DNA from: a virus
Virus record (IMG/VR): IMGVR_UViG_3300028388_004772
Span: 1 to 64,000 of that record
DNA length: 64,000 bases
Direction: 5' to 3' (one strand)
Shown here one piece after another: positions 38,348 through 48,262 of this stretch. The first letter of the stretch is position 1. Every line of letters begins with the position of its first letter. The notes beneath the pieces were generated by a model. The model did not search any database. It was not told the DNA's origin and was given only the letters and a program-made list of their open reading frames with translations. The translations under genes and the position numbers were made by a program.

Positions 38348-40090
38348 TTAGTAAGTTCCACCATCCACTGTTTCAATGGATACTAATCCACCTGATACAT
38401 TGAAGCTTGCAGAATCAAATGATGCTGTACCACGCTGCGCAGTTGTAGCAGCTACCGCATTAAATGTAATCTGACCATCTGAATCAGCAGTTGTTGTAAT
38501 ACCTGAGGTTGCATTACCAGCAAATGTAATACCTTCACCAACCGACAATGCACTTGCACCAGATCCTGTAGTGATTGTAATATCATTAGCTACAACATCA
38601 CCATTTGTTACAGTGAAGTTAGTAGCATTAAAGCTTGCAATACCTTTGTTTGTATCAGATGCATCCTCACCTGCAATGGTATATGTTCCAGCACTATCAG
38701 TGATGTCAATACCTTCACCAGCAACTAATGCAGCTCCTAAATCTGAATCAAATCCCTGATAATCCCCAACTAGTGTATTACCTTGTAAGTTTGTCGCGTA
38801 GATATTACCGACATTCAGATCTGATAAAGTAAAGCCAGTACCATTTCTGTCAATTACGTTAGTTGGTAAAGAAGAATCAAGGGCTGAATCAATTAGTCCA
38901 TTAAAAAGATAATATTGTGAGTTCGATGCATCCCGGAAGAAACCAGTATGTGCCTTTGTAGCTCCACCATCAGGAGAGTAGTGAGCCACAAAACCAATAT
39001 CCACCACATCGGAAGTTTCATTACTATCGGCAAGATGAAGTAATGGATCCGTTACTGAGTAGGTGATGGTGTTAACAGTAGTAGTTGTACCATTAACAGT
39101 CAAGTCTCCGTCAACAGTAAGGTCTGTACCTACAAGTACAGATCCAGTTGTTGTGATTGAATCAAACGTCACCCCAGCATCTGTTGCGACCGACTGACCG
39201 ATTGCAACTTGACCATCAGTAATTGTAACACCAGTACCATTAGAGAAGTGTGCTCTGACTTCTGCTGGAGAAGGTCCAGTGTAAGTAAATTGTCCACTAG
39301 CAGAATCATATGTAAATGATCCGTCTCCACCAGCATCTACGACACTAAGATTATTACGAGCAAGAGCAATTGTACCATTAGAATCAATCGCTTGGTTAAC
39401 TGCAATAGTAGATACAGCCGTAACAACACCAGTGCTAGTAACTGTAACAACAGGAATTTCAACTGCTGAACCAAATGTACCAACGTTGGTATTGACAGAG
39501 TCAAGTGCATATGAAACAGATGTACCAGATGCAGTTGCTGTTAAACCTACACCCGTAAATGTAAGATCTGAGTTCGCAAGTGATACTGATCCTGATCCAG
39601 CATCACCAGCTGTAAGTAATGTAATTCCAGAACCACCAGTAATTCCGTCAACATAGCCTTTGGTTGCTGCATCTGTTGCTGACTGAGGAGCTCCTAGATT
39701 AACAATTAATGCACTGTTGACGTCAACACTACCAGTACCATTTGGATCAAGTGAAATATCACCATTAGCATTGGTAGAGCTAATTGTATTACCGTCAACT
39801 GTAATATTGTCGACTAGTAACTCGTTTAGCTTCTTACTTCCATCAACAATTAGCGCGCTTGATGCAGTAGTAGTGCCAGGAGTATGATCCAATAGACCAG
39901 TATAATATTCACCACCAATTTGTACAACCGAGGTGGCATTTCCTGACCCATCATCGCCCTTACCAAAATAAAGTCGATCACCGCCATTAGCATCAGTACC
40001 AGCGCCATATGAATAGGCTAGTTCGCCTGATTTAAGCGAACCAGGTGCGCTGGTGCCGGTTGATCGCTTAATTTTTATAATTGACGACAT
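38348..40090 (-). CDS. Tail fibre-like structural protein
   Basis: [44 protein letters not shown] repeats. Confidence 0.8.
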   Translation of the reverse strand: MSSIIKIKRSTGTSAPGSLKSGELAYSYGAGTDANGGDRLYFGKGDDGSGNATSVVQIGGEYYTGLLDHTPGTTTASSALIVDGSKKLNELLVDNITVDGNTISSTNANGDISLDPNGTGSVDVNSALIVNLGAPQSATDAATKGYVDGITGGSGITLLTAGDAGSGSVSLANSDLTFTGVGLTATASGTSVSYALDSVNTNVGTFGSAVEIPVVTVTSTGVVTAVSTIAVNQAIDSNGTIALARNNLSVVDAGGDGSFTYDSASGQFTYTGPSPAEVRAHFSNGTGVTITDGQVAIGQSVATDAGVTFDSITTTGSVLVGTDLTVDGDLTVNGTTTTVNTITYSVTDPLLHLADSNETSDVVDIGFVAHYSPDGGATKAHTGFFRDASNSQYYLFNGLIDSALDSSLPTNVIDRNGTGFTLSDLNVGNIYATNLQGNTLVGDYQGFDSDLGAALVAGEGIDITDSAGTYTIAGEDASDTNKGIASFNATNFTVTNGDVVANDITITTGSGASALSVGEGITFAGNATSGITTTADSDGQITFNAVAATTAQRGTASFDSASFNVSGGLVSIETVDGGTY

Positions 40091-40425
40091 TAGTAAAAGC
40101 CTCCGTCAGTCGTTACATTTTGATCATCGTTTGGTGTATCAAGTTGTGTACTTGGTACCCATCTTTGATTGGCAGAATCATATTGCAATAATCCGCCGTT
40201 TGTTAAACCAGTCAAAACAACATCATTTAAATCTGCTAGGTTAGTGGCTCCGCCTCCGCCGCCACCACCCGATACTGTGGTAAAGGTTAAGTTGCCGTTA
40301 CCATCAGTAGTTAAAACCTGTCCATCAGTTCCATCAGTCGTGGGAAACGATAGACCTCCAATTGTCGCTGAGTCAGTAACAACCAGGGCACCTTCAATTT
40401 TAAAGGGTTTCCTCACTGCTGCCAC
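40090..40425 (-). CDS. Small fibre-associated structural protein
   Basis: [32 protein letters not shown]....W; ends DGGFY. Confidence 0.7.
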   Translation of the reverse strand: MAAVRKPFKIEGALVVTDSATIGGLSFPTTDGTDGQVLTTDGNGNLTFTTVSGGGGGGGATNLADLNDVVLTGLTNGGLLQYDSANQRWVPSTQLDTPNDDQNVTTDGGFY

Positions 40426-40452
40426 GATAGACTCCTCGACTGTTGTAATGTA

Positions 40453-40460
40453 TATTTATA
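40453..40460 (-). promoter_or_regulatory. T4-type late promoter TATAAATA
   Basis: Exact motif, intergenic. Confidence 0.7.
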
Positions 40461-40469
40461 TAAAAACAT

Positions 40470-41402
40470 TTATATACCGCTTATCAATCTCTTGGCTTTG
40501 ACAGAAACATTAAATGTACTAGGCGTAAATAGTAAACTTACTTGATCATTATCGGTATCGATAACAGCATCAAAAGAACCCAAGTCTTGTCCTGTAAATA
40601 ATTTTGCAAATTCTTGTATATACACTTCTGAGCTGTCATGGATTAATAGGATTTCAGCTGCACCAAATTGGTTACTTGCATTTTGTTCCATTTGGATAAA
40701 ATACTTAGCGGAGCGTTGGGTGGCCGTCGAGAATGTATCAAGAACTTCTTGGGTAATCCCACCAAAATCTTGATCAACAACACTACTAAGATTCTCAGCG
40801 GCCAGACCTCCAGCACCACCAGTGATCGTACCAACTTCTTGTTCCACAATACCAAAGGCATTGACCTGTTGAATACTTAACGAGCCACCCTCATCCTTCA
40901 GTGCCAAACTACCAATGTAAAGGGTGTTTCCTGTTAACCATAGATCTTTCCATCTATTGGTTGGACTACCAAGAGATCTAACAACATCAGCGTCTGGGAT
41001 CAGGTCTGTATCAATTGAATCGAAATTTTGTCGAGTCTTGATATAGTCAGAATCGATAATGTCACTAATTGGAAATTCAGCTGATGTAATAACTCGACCA
41101 AAATCATCTACCTCAATTAGGGGTATAGTAGTCGTACCACCAAAGGTACCGGCTGATCCGAGATTAGGTAAATTGATCGACAGTGTGTTTGTGGCGCTAT
41201 CGTACGTTTCGTTAATCTCACCACCGACAGCTAATCTAGAACTCGTGTACTTTCCTGTATTAGAGTCATATACAAAAATGTCAAGATGCTGTCTATCAGT
41301 GGCATCAAAATCTGTAATCGAAGTGATGCTCTGCTGTGCTCCTGATACACTTCTAACAGGAGTACCGACTACAATTTTTTTAACAATAGTTTTGGCTGTC
41401 AT
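40470..41402 (-). CDS. Virion structural protein (fibre-associated)
   Basis: LGSPTNRWKDLWL, D.F....RSAKY.IQ......EILLIHD C-terminal domain typical of T4-like structural proteins. Confidence 0.7.
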   Translation of the reverse strand: MTAKTIVKKIVVGTPVRSVSGAQQSITSITDFDATDRQHLDIFVYDSNTGKYTSSRLAVGGEINETYDSATNTLSINLPNLGSAGTFGGTTTIPLIEVDDFGRVITSAEFPISDIIDSDYIKTRQNFDSIDTDLIPDADVVRSLGSPTNRWKDLWLTGNTLYIGSLALKDEGGSLSIQQVNAFGIVEQEVGTITGGAGGLAAENLSSVVDQDFGGITQEVLDTFSTATQRSAKYFIQMEQNASNQFGAAEILLIHDSSEVYIQEFAKLFTGQDLGSFDAVIDTDNDQVSLLFTPSTFNVSVKAKRLISGI

Positions 41403-41405
41403 GTA

Positions 41406-41759
41406 TTACCTCGTGACAGATGGTGTAACTTGAGCACGACCTTCTAGTATACGTTCGATTATTGTATTGTCATCGCTATCAGTGTACGAAAGCTCAACAT
41501 CATACACGTATCTTCCCTTTGTCAGAGCATCCGTTTGGGTATTAGTTAACGAAAGGGTAACAATTCCTAAGGTAGGGGGCGTTGCAATAAGAGTGGTGAA
41601 ATCAGTGGTTTCGTCACTGTCACTATTATAGTTTTTCTTAAGCTTAGCTGCAACTAAGTAATTGGTGAGATCTTTGACGGAGCCATCTACATTGACTAAA
41701 TGCAATTCGATCGCTAGATCAGTTCCCTGATCTATTGTAAATTCTTCGTAGGTGGCCAT
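41406..41759 (-). CDS. Conserved phage structural protein (Ig-like)
   Basis: IDQG.D, DLT.Y...A.LKK.Y, LSLT..QT..L..GRYVYDV, RILEG...VTP.VTR. Confidence 0.75.
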   Translation of the reverse strand: MATYEEFTIDQGTDLAIELHLVNVDGSVKDLTNYLVAAKLKKNYNSDSDETTDFTTLIATPPTLGIVTLSLTNTQTDALTKGRYVYDVELSYTDSDDNTIIERILEGRAQVTPSVTR

Positions 41760-41810
41760 GAATACCTCAGTAATTCTTTGTCGGACGTTATTGCCCCTGC
41801 CTTTAGTATT

Positions 41811-41818
41811 TATTTATA
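41811..41818 (-). promoter_or_regulatory. T4-type late promoter at the downstream edge of the island
   Basis: Exact TATAAATA between the last island gene and the 41759 start. Confidence 0.75.
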
Positions 41819-41829
41819 AAAAAAAGAAT

Positions 41830-42390
41830 TTACATTTGAAGAAAAATGTCAACAGGAATAGCTAATCTTAATTGAGATGTATATTGTTTGACATAGTGAT
41901 ATACATAACCAGGAAAAATTAAAACATCTCCCGTCTGAGGTTTATGTTCTATGGAAGCAAAATCATTTATGAATGGCGGCATAAATCCTCTGTTAGCGTT
42001 GAAGCGAGGGTCTTGCATAACAATTTCTCCGCCTGAGTCTTGTTCTTCGGCCATTATATAAAATACAGAAACAAATTGAGATCCACTATGGTTATGAGTC
42101 GCCATATTGTATCCATTTGTAGTTCCTGTTAACCATGCTTTGAGCGAAAAGTCAATAGTGTCTAAATCAAAGTTATAAACGTCTTTGAAAAAGTCACTAT
42201 ACTTTTCAGTAGCTACTTCTTTCAATAATGGTGCAGTTTCTATTAGATTAGACGTCCAATCACCCTGAGGTTTAGTGACATCTTCAGTTGATAATACAGA
42301 AGTTGCAATTTGGTCACAAACTTGGTAATCGATAGATGTCTTATAGATTGGTGTAGACCAGGCTTTATTTAAGCCCGCATTCAGCTTCAT
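41830..42390 (-). CDS. Putative Fe(II)/2OG oxygenase (phage-type, HxH)
   Basis: AW.......THNH....VSVFY, GGEI...DPR, P..GD.LIFP.Y..H.V, R..I double-stranded beta-helix pattern. Confidence 0.8.
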   Translation of the reverse strand: MKLNAGLNKAWSTPIYKTSIDYQVCDQIATSVLSTEDVTKPQGDWTSNLIETAPLLKEVATEKYSDFFKDVYNFDLDTIDFSLKAWLTGTTNGYNMATHNHSGSQFVSVFYIMAEEQDSGGEIVMQDPRFNANRGFMPPFINDFASIEHKPQTGDVLIFPGYVYHYVKQYTSQLRLAIPVDIFLQM

Positions 42391-42757
42391 AGTATTTCCT
42401 TACATCTGGTACCATTCCTTTTGTTGGTATAATTGGTACTTGATCTAAAATAGCATCATATGTTTCAGGATCTAAGTCATAAGGTACGAAGTATGGATCG
42501 TTTCCGTAAAGAAGTTCGGGATCATTCAGTAACTGATAAAAGTCTTCTCCATAATCTTCACAAATCCATGTAGCATAACAAATAGCAACAAAATATGATT
42601 TAGCAGGGTAAATCCATTCTGAGACATTTTCATAAAAATGTTTTACTGCATCCCCTACAATATCTTGTGAGTTAATTATATTAACTTTATTAAGATCATC
42701 ATTATAGTCTTTGTTTAGACGATGATATATCTCTTGTTTGATTTTCCATAACTTCAT
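42365..42757 (-). CDS. Hypothetical protein of the radical-SAM cluster
   Basis: 130 aa from MKLWK; overlaps both neighbours. Confidence 0.7.
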   Translation of the reverse strand: MKLWKIKQEIYHRLNKDYNDDLNKVNIINSQDIVGDAVKHFYENVSEWIYPAKSYFVAICYATWICEDYGEDFYQLLNDPELLYGNDPYFVPYDLDPETYDAILDQVPIIPTKGMVPDVRKYYEAECGLK

Positions 42758-43655
42758 ACCATTCAATTAGCCCCTTGTAACCATTACAGCTATTTTCCAA
42801 ATCACGAACATATCTATAATGTTCTGTTAAACATCTTCCTTTGTATCGACAGCTCTGACATATAGGACTAAGGTTGTTTTTTTCCTTTTGTGTCCATTCA
42901 ATATATTCATCAAAACTTTTTAGCTCTAAAAAATATTCCTTATCATTAATATCAAACTCAAGAACACCAAAGTTTCCATCCGGCGTGATATAAACATGGT
43001 CATCTGAAAACGCGTTATATTGACCATCAATACTTTCAATAATTTTAGATTCATTGACAAAGTTAAACTTTTTGTCAACTCCAGATTGAATCCATTTTTT
43101 AACAAATTCTTCAAAGTCTCTGTGTGTTATATTATAGGAGTTGGCTTGATTAATACTATATGGTTTGATTTCAACTGATTCAATTGACCCGCATACATTT
43201 AACTGGCTAATCATGCTGTCAACATTCATCTGCAATACAGCAGGGGATGCTAAGACTAATACAGCAATAGGTTTAGGTGAGAACATCATGTTTTGAAAAA
43301 CAAGCTCGTTTTTTTCTCGTGCATTAAAGTCATAAGATACTGAAAGATATACATCTTCATCAAAAAAATAATTATGAATCATAGACATATTCGTAATAAT
43401 ATTAATCTCACCATCATAATACTTTCTAATTACATTTTTATAATTGTAAAACACTTCTGGCTTAAGTAGACCTATCTCCCCACCATACATATCCAAATAT
43501 TTTATTTCTGGTACTTCTGATAACCTTTGATCTAATTTTTCAAAAGATAAGCGCCGGCGATCAGACAGCTGTTCTTCAGTCAAGTAACAAAAAGAACATC
43601 TAAAGTTACAATGATAACTAGGATTTAGTGATAATGTGACTGCTTTCGTCGACAT
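42702..43655 (-). CDS. Radical SAM enzyme with Cys-rich C-terminal (SPASM/twitch-like) domain
   Basis: CNFRCSFC, YGGE, C-terminal CQSCRYKGRC...SC. Confidence 0.9.
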   Translation of the reverse strand: MSTKAVTLSLNPSYHCNFRCSFCYLTEEQLSDRRRLSFEKLDQRLSEVPEIKYLDMYGGEIGLLKPEVFYNYKNVIRKYYDGEINIITNMSMIHNYFFDEDVYLSVSYDFNAREKNELVFQNMMFSPKPIAVLVLASPAVLQMNVDSMISQLNVCGSIESVEIKPYSINQANSYNITHRDFEEFVKKWIQSGVDKKFNFVNESKIIESIDGQYNAFSDDHVYITPDGNFGVLEFDINDKEYFLELKSFDEYIEWTQKEKNNLSPICQSCRYKGRCLTEHYRYVRDLENSCNGYKGLIEWYEVMENQTRDISSSKQRL

Positions 43656-44667
43656 ATGGGGTCACCTCAAGGTTCAGTCCATTGGCTTCTATAATAGATG
43701 GGGCAATAGATTTCATAAGTTTACAATGGTCTTCTACCATATTATGTAGCTTCTGATCCTTAATTGTCTTCTTACAACCATTACAGATCTGAAACATAGG
43801 ACAGGAATAACATGCTTGCTTCATTGAATTAAGATACAAGTCATCTCGCAGAGGATGAAACATCTCCCCATTCATCTCTTGTTCAAAGTTAATGGCTTTC
43901 TCTCTATCATCTCCAAACGCCCCGCATGAATAGTAATCACCTTCTGGCTGTAGGGTTCGAATACCTGAATCACAATCCCTATTCTGAGGACAGACGGTCT
44001 GTTCGCCTCTGAGTCTCCTGACCATCTGTTGAGTATTATGTTCCCAATCTGTCAGACCAGCCTTCCAGATCTCAACATACTTTTCATAAATCTTTGCAAG
44101 CATATAAGGTTCTGATTGAACACCAGAGGCCATTGCATAGTTGACCTTACACACCACACCCATCTTTTTAGCGAGCTCGACAGTTTTTAACACGGTGTCT
44201 TCATTGTCCTCTGTAATCACTGCGATGAATGAAGGACGATAACCAACCTTGTCCAACATCATATCAGAAACAGCCCAGAAGTCATCTTCTGTGAATACGG
44301 TATAGTCACCTTTGAGTCTTCCGTCTCCATATTGAAAAGATGTAGCGATTCCGACACGTGGATGTCTGAATAAATCTAACCACTTGCTCGGTTTCTTATA
44401 GAATGGCCACAGATTAGTAGTCAGTGAAATAGAGGTATCATAGCCTCTTTCATCTAAAAAATCAATGATTTTCCAATAATAACTTGGATCGATCATTAGC
44501 GGATCGCCACCATTGACGATGATGGTGTTTGTATTTGGATACCGATCAAGAAATCTGTACACGTGCTCTAGATCAAGCTCAGCTGCTTTATCTTCAACGA
44601 TATCTGTCGAGGAACAGAATGTGCATTTAAAATTACACAGCTCAGTTGGTTTAATAATTAAGTCCAT
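43618..44667 (-). CDS. Radical SAM/SPASM enzyme
   Basis: IIKPTELCNFKCTFC, NGGDPL, CPQNRDC...SC, CYSCPMFQICNGC...HC. Confidence 0.92.
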   Translation of the reverse strand: MDLIIKPTELCNFKCTFCSSTDIVEDKAAELDLEHVYRFLDRYPNTNTIIVNGGDPLMIDPSYYWKIIDFLDERGYDTSISLTTNLWPFYKKPSKWLDLFRHPRVGIATSFQYGDGRLKGDYTVFTEDDFWAVSDMMLDKVGYRPSFIAVITEDNEDTVLKTVELAKKMGVVCKVNYAMASGVQSEPYMLAKIYEKYVEIWKAGLTDWEHNTQQMVRRLRGEQTVCPQNRDCDSGIRTLQPEGDYYSCGAFGDDREKAINFEQEMNGEMFHPLRDDLYLNSMKQACYSCPMFQICNGCKKTIKDQKLHNMVEDHCKLMKSIAPSIIEANGLNLEVTPYVDESSHIITKS

Positions 44668-45118
44668 CTACCTTATACGCCAAATTAATAGCAACCCTTA
44701 CTTGATCTGTAGGATTTACTCTGTGTTTAACATGCGATGCTTGGCTAAGCATAACTAGTAAATGTTTTTTAGGCTGAACACACCCGACGACGCTATCATT
44801 ACACTGTATCATCAACTCTCCACCGTGGTCAACAGTAGTGAGATAATACAGAAAAAACGTGTTGTATCCCTCAACTAGATCATTATGCCATTCCATAGTC
44901 GAATGTTCTGATCCTACAAACATAGAGTATGTGTAGTCAGAATAACCTGGGAAATACGGAGCAATATAAGAGCTACCGACATAGCTACTCATATCGTTAA
45001 GATTAACATCAATCATACTAAATGAATTAGACTGCGGCATGTCGTATTGAGGTATCATTTTCTCAATACTTCTGTCTTCAAATGTCACAAATCCATGAGT
45101 AAAAAAGTTATCAATCAT
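44651..45118 (-). CDS. Fe(II)/2OG oxygenase
   Basis: WHND, LYYL, GGEL, HRV, distal R. Confidence 0.8.
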   Translation of the reverse strand: MIDNFFTHGFVTFEDRSIEKMIPQYDMPQSNSFSMIDVNLNDMSSYVGSSYIAPYFPGYSDYTYSMFVGSEHSTMEWHNDLVEGYNTFFLYYLTTVDHGGELMIQCNDSVVGCVQPKKHLLVMLSQASHVKHRVNPTDQVRVAINLAYKVDGLNY

Positions 45119-45133
45119 ATAGTAAAGTAATTT

Positions 45134-45664
45134 TTATCTACCTAAACCAGGAATAAAAAATTCAAAAGTTAACATACGGCGTTCTCCACCTTTATGAGTT
45201 GCTTTATGTTTAAACGCGTGTGTTTGATTTACCCATACGAATTGGTTTGGTTTGTGCGAAATACTAAATTCTTCAAAACCATTAGAAAAATCGATTGTAT
45301 TTCCGTATGGGTCTCCATCGTCTAAATAAATTAAAAAATTAGTATTCAAAGGTCTTTTGACTTCTTCGTAATCGCTATGCCACAGTGAAGACTTGTAGTC
45401 AACGCCAGACCACATACCATTAGTTATAAATTCAAATTCATTCGACACTTGCTTAATGTATTTTTCTGCAACGACTTCTGTAATTTTATCTAATAGTTCT
45501 TGAGATTCTGGAGCATAGACCATTTCTTCTTTCAAGTCTCGCTCTTTGTCTTCGCTTACACAAGTTGGAAACTCGTGTCCTTCGAATAAAGATACAACAT
45601 CCATACAAAATTGATCAGAATAGTATCCTTTTACAAAAAAATCTGTTAATTCTTGCTTTTCCAT
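45134..45664 (-). CDS. Fe(II)/2OG oxygenase
   Basis: WHSD, FLIYLD, HKA, RR.L.FEF. Confidence 0.75.
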   Translation of the reverse strand: MEKQELTDFFVKGYYSDQFCMDVVSLFEGHEFPTCVSEDKERDLKEEMVYAPESQELLDKITEVVAEKYIKQVSNEFEFITNGMWSGVDYKSSLWHSDYEEVKRPLNTNFLIYLDDGDPYGNTIDFSNGFEEFSISHKPNQFVWVNQTHAFKHKATHKGGERRMLTFEFFIPGLGR

Positions 45665-45705
45665 TATTGATTATCCTGCTGTAATCTATGTGTTTATATA
45701 TGCTA

Positions 45706-46194
45706 TTAAGACCAACCAACACTCAATGTCTTTCTTGGTACTGATCCAAAGTATGGACATATCTTGTGTAAAAGAGACGCGTCAAAAGTCACAATTGTTC
45801 CTTTCTCAGGTTGAATTCTAATTTTGTTATTGGGAAAATTAAATAAGTTGTGATTAAAATATATGTCAAGTTCTCCACCAACCCATTTACTAGTATCATA
45901 GTCGAGAAATAATAAAGTTATCCACTCAGCCTCGTTTTTGTCGTCATGTAACTCCCACAATATACAATCTCGCGAATTTTTATCATAAGTTGGAACACTA
46001 ATAGTATGCGCAAGCACTGGATCCATTAATTTATGAGTTAACCCATATACTTCAGCTTGCAACAATTTTAAAATATAGTGATCACTGAGCTTTTGTAAAA
46101 CGTTATGCCCTTCTCCTTCTTTGAAAGGAAGACATAGTATATCGTCGAGCATCTGCTGAGGTATTGCTTTATGTGATATATTATATTTTTGCAT
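45706..46194 (-). CDS. Fe(II)/2OG oxygenase (prolyl-hydroxylase-like)
   Basis: LHDD, LLFL, W.GGEL, P.KG..V.FD..L.H.I.P, RK.L..GW. Confidence 0.82.
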   Translation of the reverse strand: MQKYNISHKAIPQQMLDDILCLPFKEGEGHNVLQKLSDHYILKLLQAEVYGLTHKLMDPVLAHTISVPTYDKNSRDCILWELHDDKNEAEWITLLFLDYDTSKWVGGELDIYFNHNLFNFPNNKIRIQPEKGTIVTFDASLLHKICPYFGSVPRKTLSVGWS

Positions 46195-47749
46195 CGATAT
46201 AATTCTCTAGAATGTCTCGGTTTTCATTCAATATCTTTTGTCCTCTATATTGAATATTGTCACCATTAGGTAAAGTATCCATACTAAATCGATTCTGAGA
46301 TAATAGCGAAGATTTAAGAATAGTGCATAGTGCTATAAATTCTGGAAGTTGATTAAGCCCATTCCATAATGCTTTAATATATGGCGATATTTTTTTAAAA
46401 GACATATACTTGGCCATCCATGTTTTGTCTAATCCTTTACATATCTTATTCATTAGAGTCATTTCAATATAATCGTCTATTGAATACGAATAACATTCGA
46501 CTATTGTTTCATATTCAAGTTTAAGATCTTTATAGATCGTATTATCTAAATCGTCTTGGTGGCCAAAGTTAGGATCCATCTCGTTTGTAACAACGATGGT
46601 CTTGATACCATACTTGTTTTTATACTCTGGGTCTGCCGCTTCTGTAGCTGGCAATATCATATACGGATATCTATTATCGTCCCAATAATTTAGATGATGA
46701 TAAAGATCATATTCTTCGTAAAAATCGCTAATAGTTGAGCCAGGCATTCCCATAATTAACTCAAGATCTATGTAGAAATCTGATGGATCTGTCGCTTCAT
46801 TTTGTATCTCCCGAGCTCTATCTAAGACGTAATATATCTGATCTTTTTTAATATCAATTCGTTTAGCCACTTCTCTGGCTTCGTCTGATATAGACTGAAT
46901 ACTAATCGATATTTGTCTTTTAGACATACCCAATTGAACCATACGTCTTAGTATGTCCAACTTTCTCTCAATATCGAGTGTTTTTAATATTGACAATGAA
47001 TCTCCAACACTCAAATTATATTTTGCAAACAAAGATATTACTTCAAAATCTCTTTCTTTAAACATCCCAGTGTTTGCGTCAGTAAGATCTACGTACATTA
47101 ATTCAAACTGACTTAAGTACCGAAGCTCATCTTCAAATATATTTAAAGGCTTTTTAATTACCTTTATTCCTGTACCACCACCCCATTCGCAATAAGTGCA
47201 CTTAAAAGGGCATCCTCTAGTAGTCTCACCTGAAATTATGATCCGTTCAAAGATGTCAAGGTTTTCTTTAAAATAATAAAAGACTTTTCGAAAATAAGAG
47301 TCGCATCTTTTATATACATTTGTATAGCCGTAAACAAAATTAGTTTTTTTTGGAAGCGAAGGATCAATATAGCGATCAATATAGTTTGTTATAAACAACT
47401 CCCCATATGTTAATGGGTCTGCAGCTACAGTATAGTTTTTAACTATGTCAGAATTGAGATGAGGTCCACCGACTACTGTGATCACATTAGGATCAAGTTG
47501 AGATCTAATATTTTCATTAATTGAATAGTTCCACACATAGTTGCAGAACAACACAATATCGCAGTCTCTTAGATTATCAAGAATCATGTCATAAGTCATA
47601 TGATCCCATTGGTATACTGGTTCGACCCATTCAACTCTATCGTTAAATGCACCATGATCTTCATAGTATGTTTTAAACAACATCCAACTATAATTGAACT
47701 CACTTCGAGAAGCATTACTTGCTGGATTTATGTAGCCGATTTTTAGCAT
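46181..47749 (-). CDS. Cobalamin-binding radical SAM enzyme (class B methyltransferase-like)
   Basis: N-terminal B12-binding-like region (YVWN, VVGGPH), ETTRGCPFKCTYCEWG, DAN.G, SIQS, ELIMGMPG.T. Confidence 0.88.
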   Translation of the reverse strand: MLKIGYINPASNASRSEFNYSWMLFKTYYEDHGAFNDRVEWVEPVYQWDHMTYDMILDNLRDCDIVLFCNYVWNYSINENIRSQLDPNVITVVGGPHLNSDIVKNYTVAADPLTYGELFITNYIDRYIDPSLPKKTNFVYGYTNVYKRCDSYFRKVFYYFKENLDIFERIIISGETTRGCPFKCTYCEWGGGTGIKVIKKPLNIFEDELRYLSQFELMYVDLTDANTGMFKERDFEVISLFAKYNLSVGDSLSILKTLDIERKLDILRRMVQLGMSKRQISISIQSISDEAREVAKRIDIKKDQIYYVLDRAREIQNEATDPSDFYIDLELIMGMPGSTISDFYEEYDLYHHLNYWDDNRYPYMILPATEAADPEYKNKYGIKTIVVTNEMDPNFGHQDDLDNTIYKDLKLEYETIVECYSYSIDDYIEMTLMNKICKGLDKTWMAKYMSFKKISPYIKALWNGLNQLPEFIALCTILKSSLLSQNRFSMDTLPNGDNIQYRGQKILNENRDILENYIDAKI

Positions 47750-48261
47750 TTTATTCTAAACACTCTACCGTTCTCAACAACCTTAGGCCCATCATATACC
47801 GAAGACGCGTAGGGGGATTCCATAATATTTGTATTTAATTCTTTAGCTCTTTCTCGCATTGTTTCTACAGTTGGAATCAAATCACCTTTTTTACAAAATG
47901 TGTCAATGAGTAGTTTATACATTACTTTTTGCTCTTTGCGGCTAAAGTAATGTATAAAATTGCCATTGATTTGAATGTTGTTAACTATATTGCCTTCAAA
48001 ACTAATCCACATAATCTCAAGTTCGTCAAGATGTGTTTTTGGCAAACCATTAAATTTTTCAGTTTTTTCTTCAATCGCATTTGTAATATTCTTGTCGCTG
48101 AAAAAACGATCATGAATTGGGAGAGAACAGATGTAAATTTTATTAATTGGTGTTTTAAAATATATGCATGGCGGCACGCCCTGTGGTATATAATCAAAAC
48201 ACACTTCTGTGACTGTGTACGGAAACTTTATTCCGTTTTCAATATCTGTTTGTGAAAACAT
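47743..48261 (-). CDS. Hypothetical protein of the cluster
   Basis: 172-aa ORF coupled to the B12 radical SAM gene. Confidence 0.65.
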   Translation of the reverse strand: MFSQTDIENGIKFPYTVTEVCFDYIPQGVPPCIYFKTPINKIYICSLPIHDRFFSDKNITNAIEEKTEKFNGLPKTHLDELEIMWISFEGNIVNNIQINGNFIHYFSRKEQKVMYKLLIDTFCKKGDLIPTVETMRERAKELNTNIMESPYASSVYDGPKVVENGRVFRIKC

Positions 48262-48262
48262 A

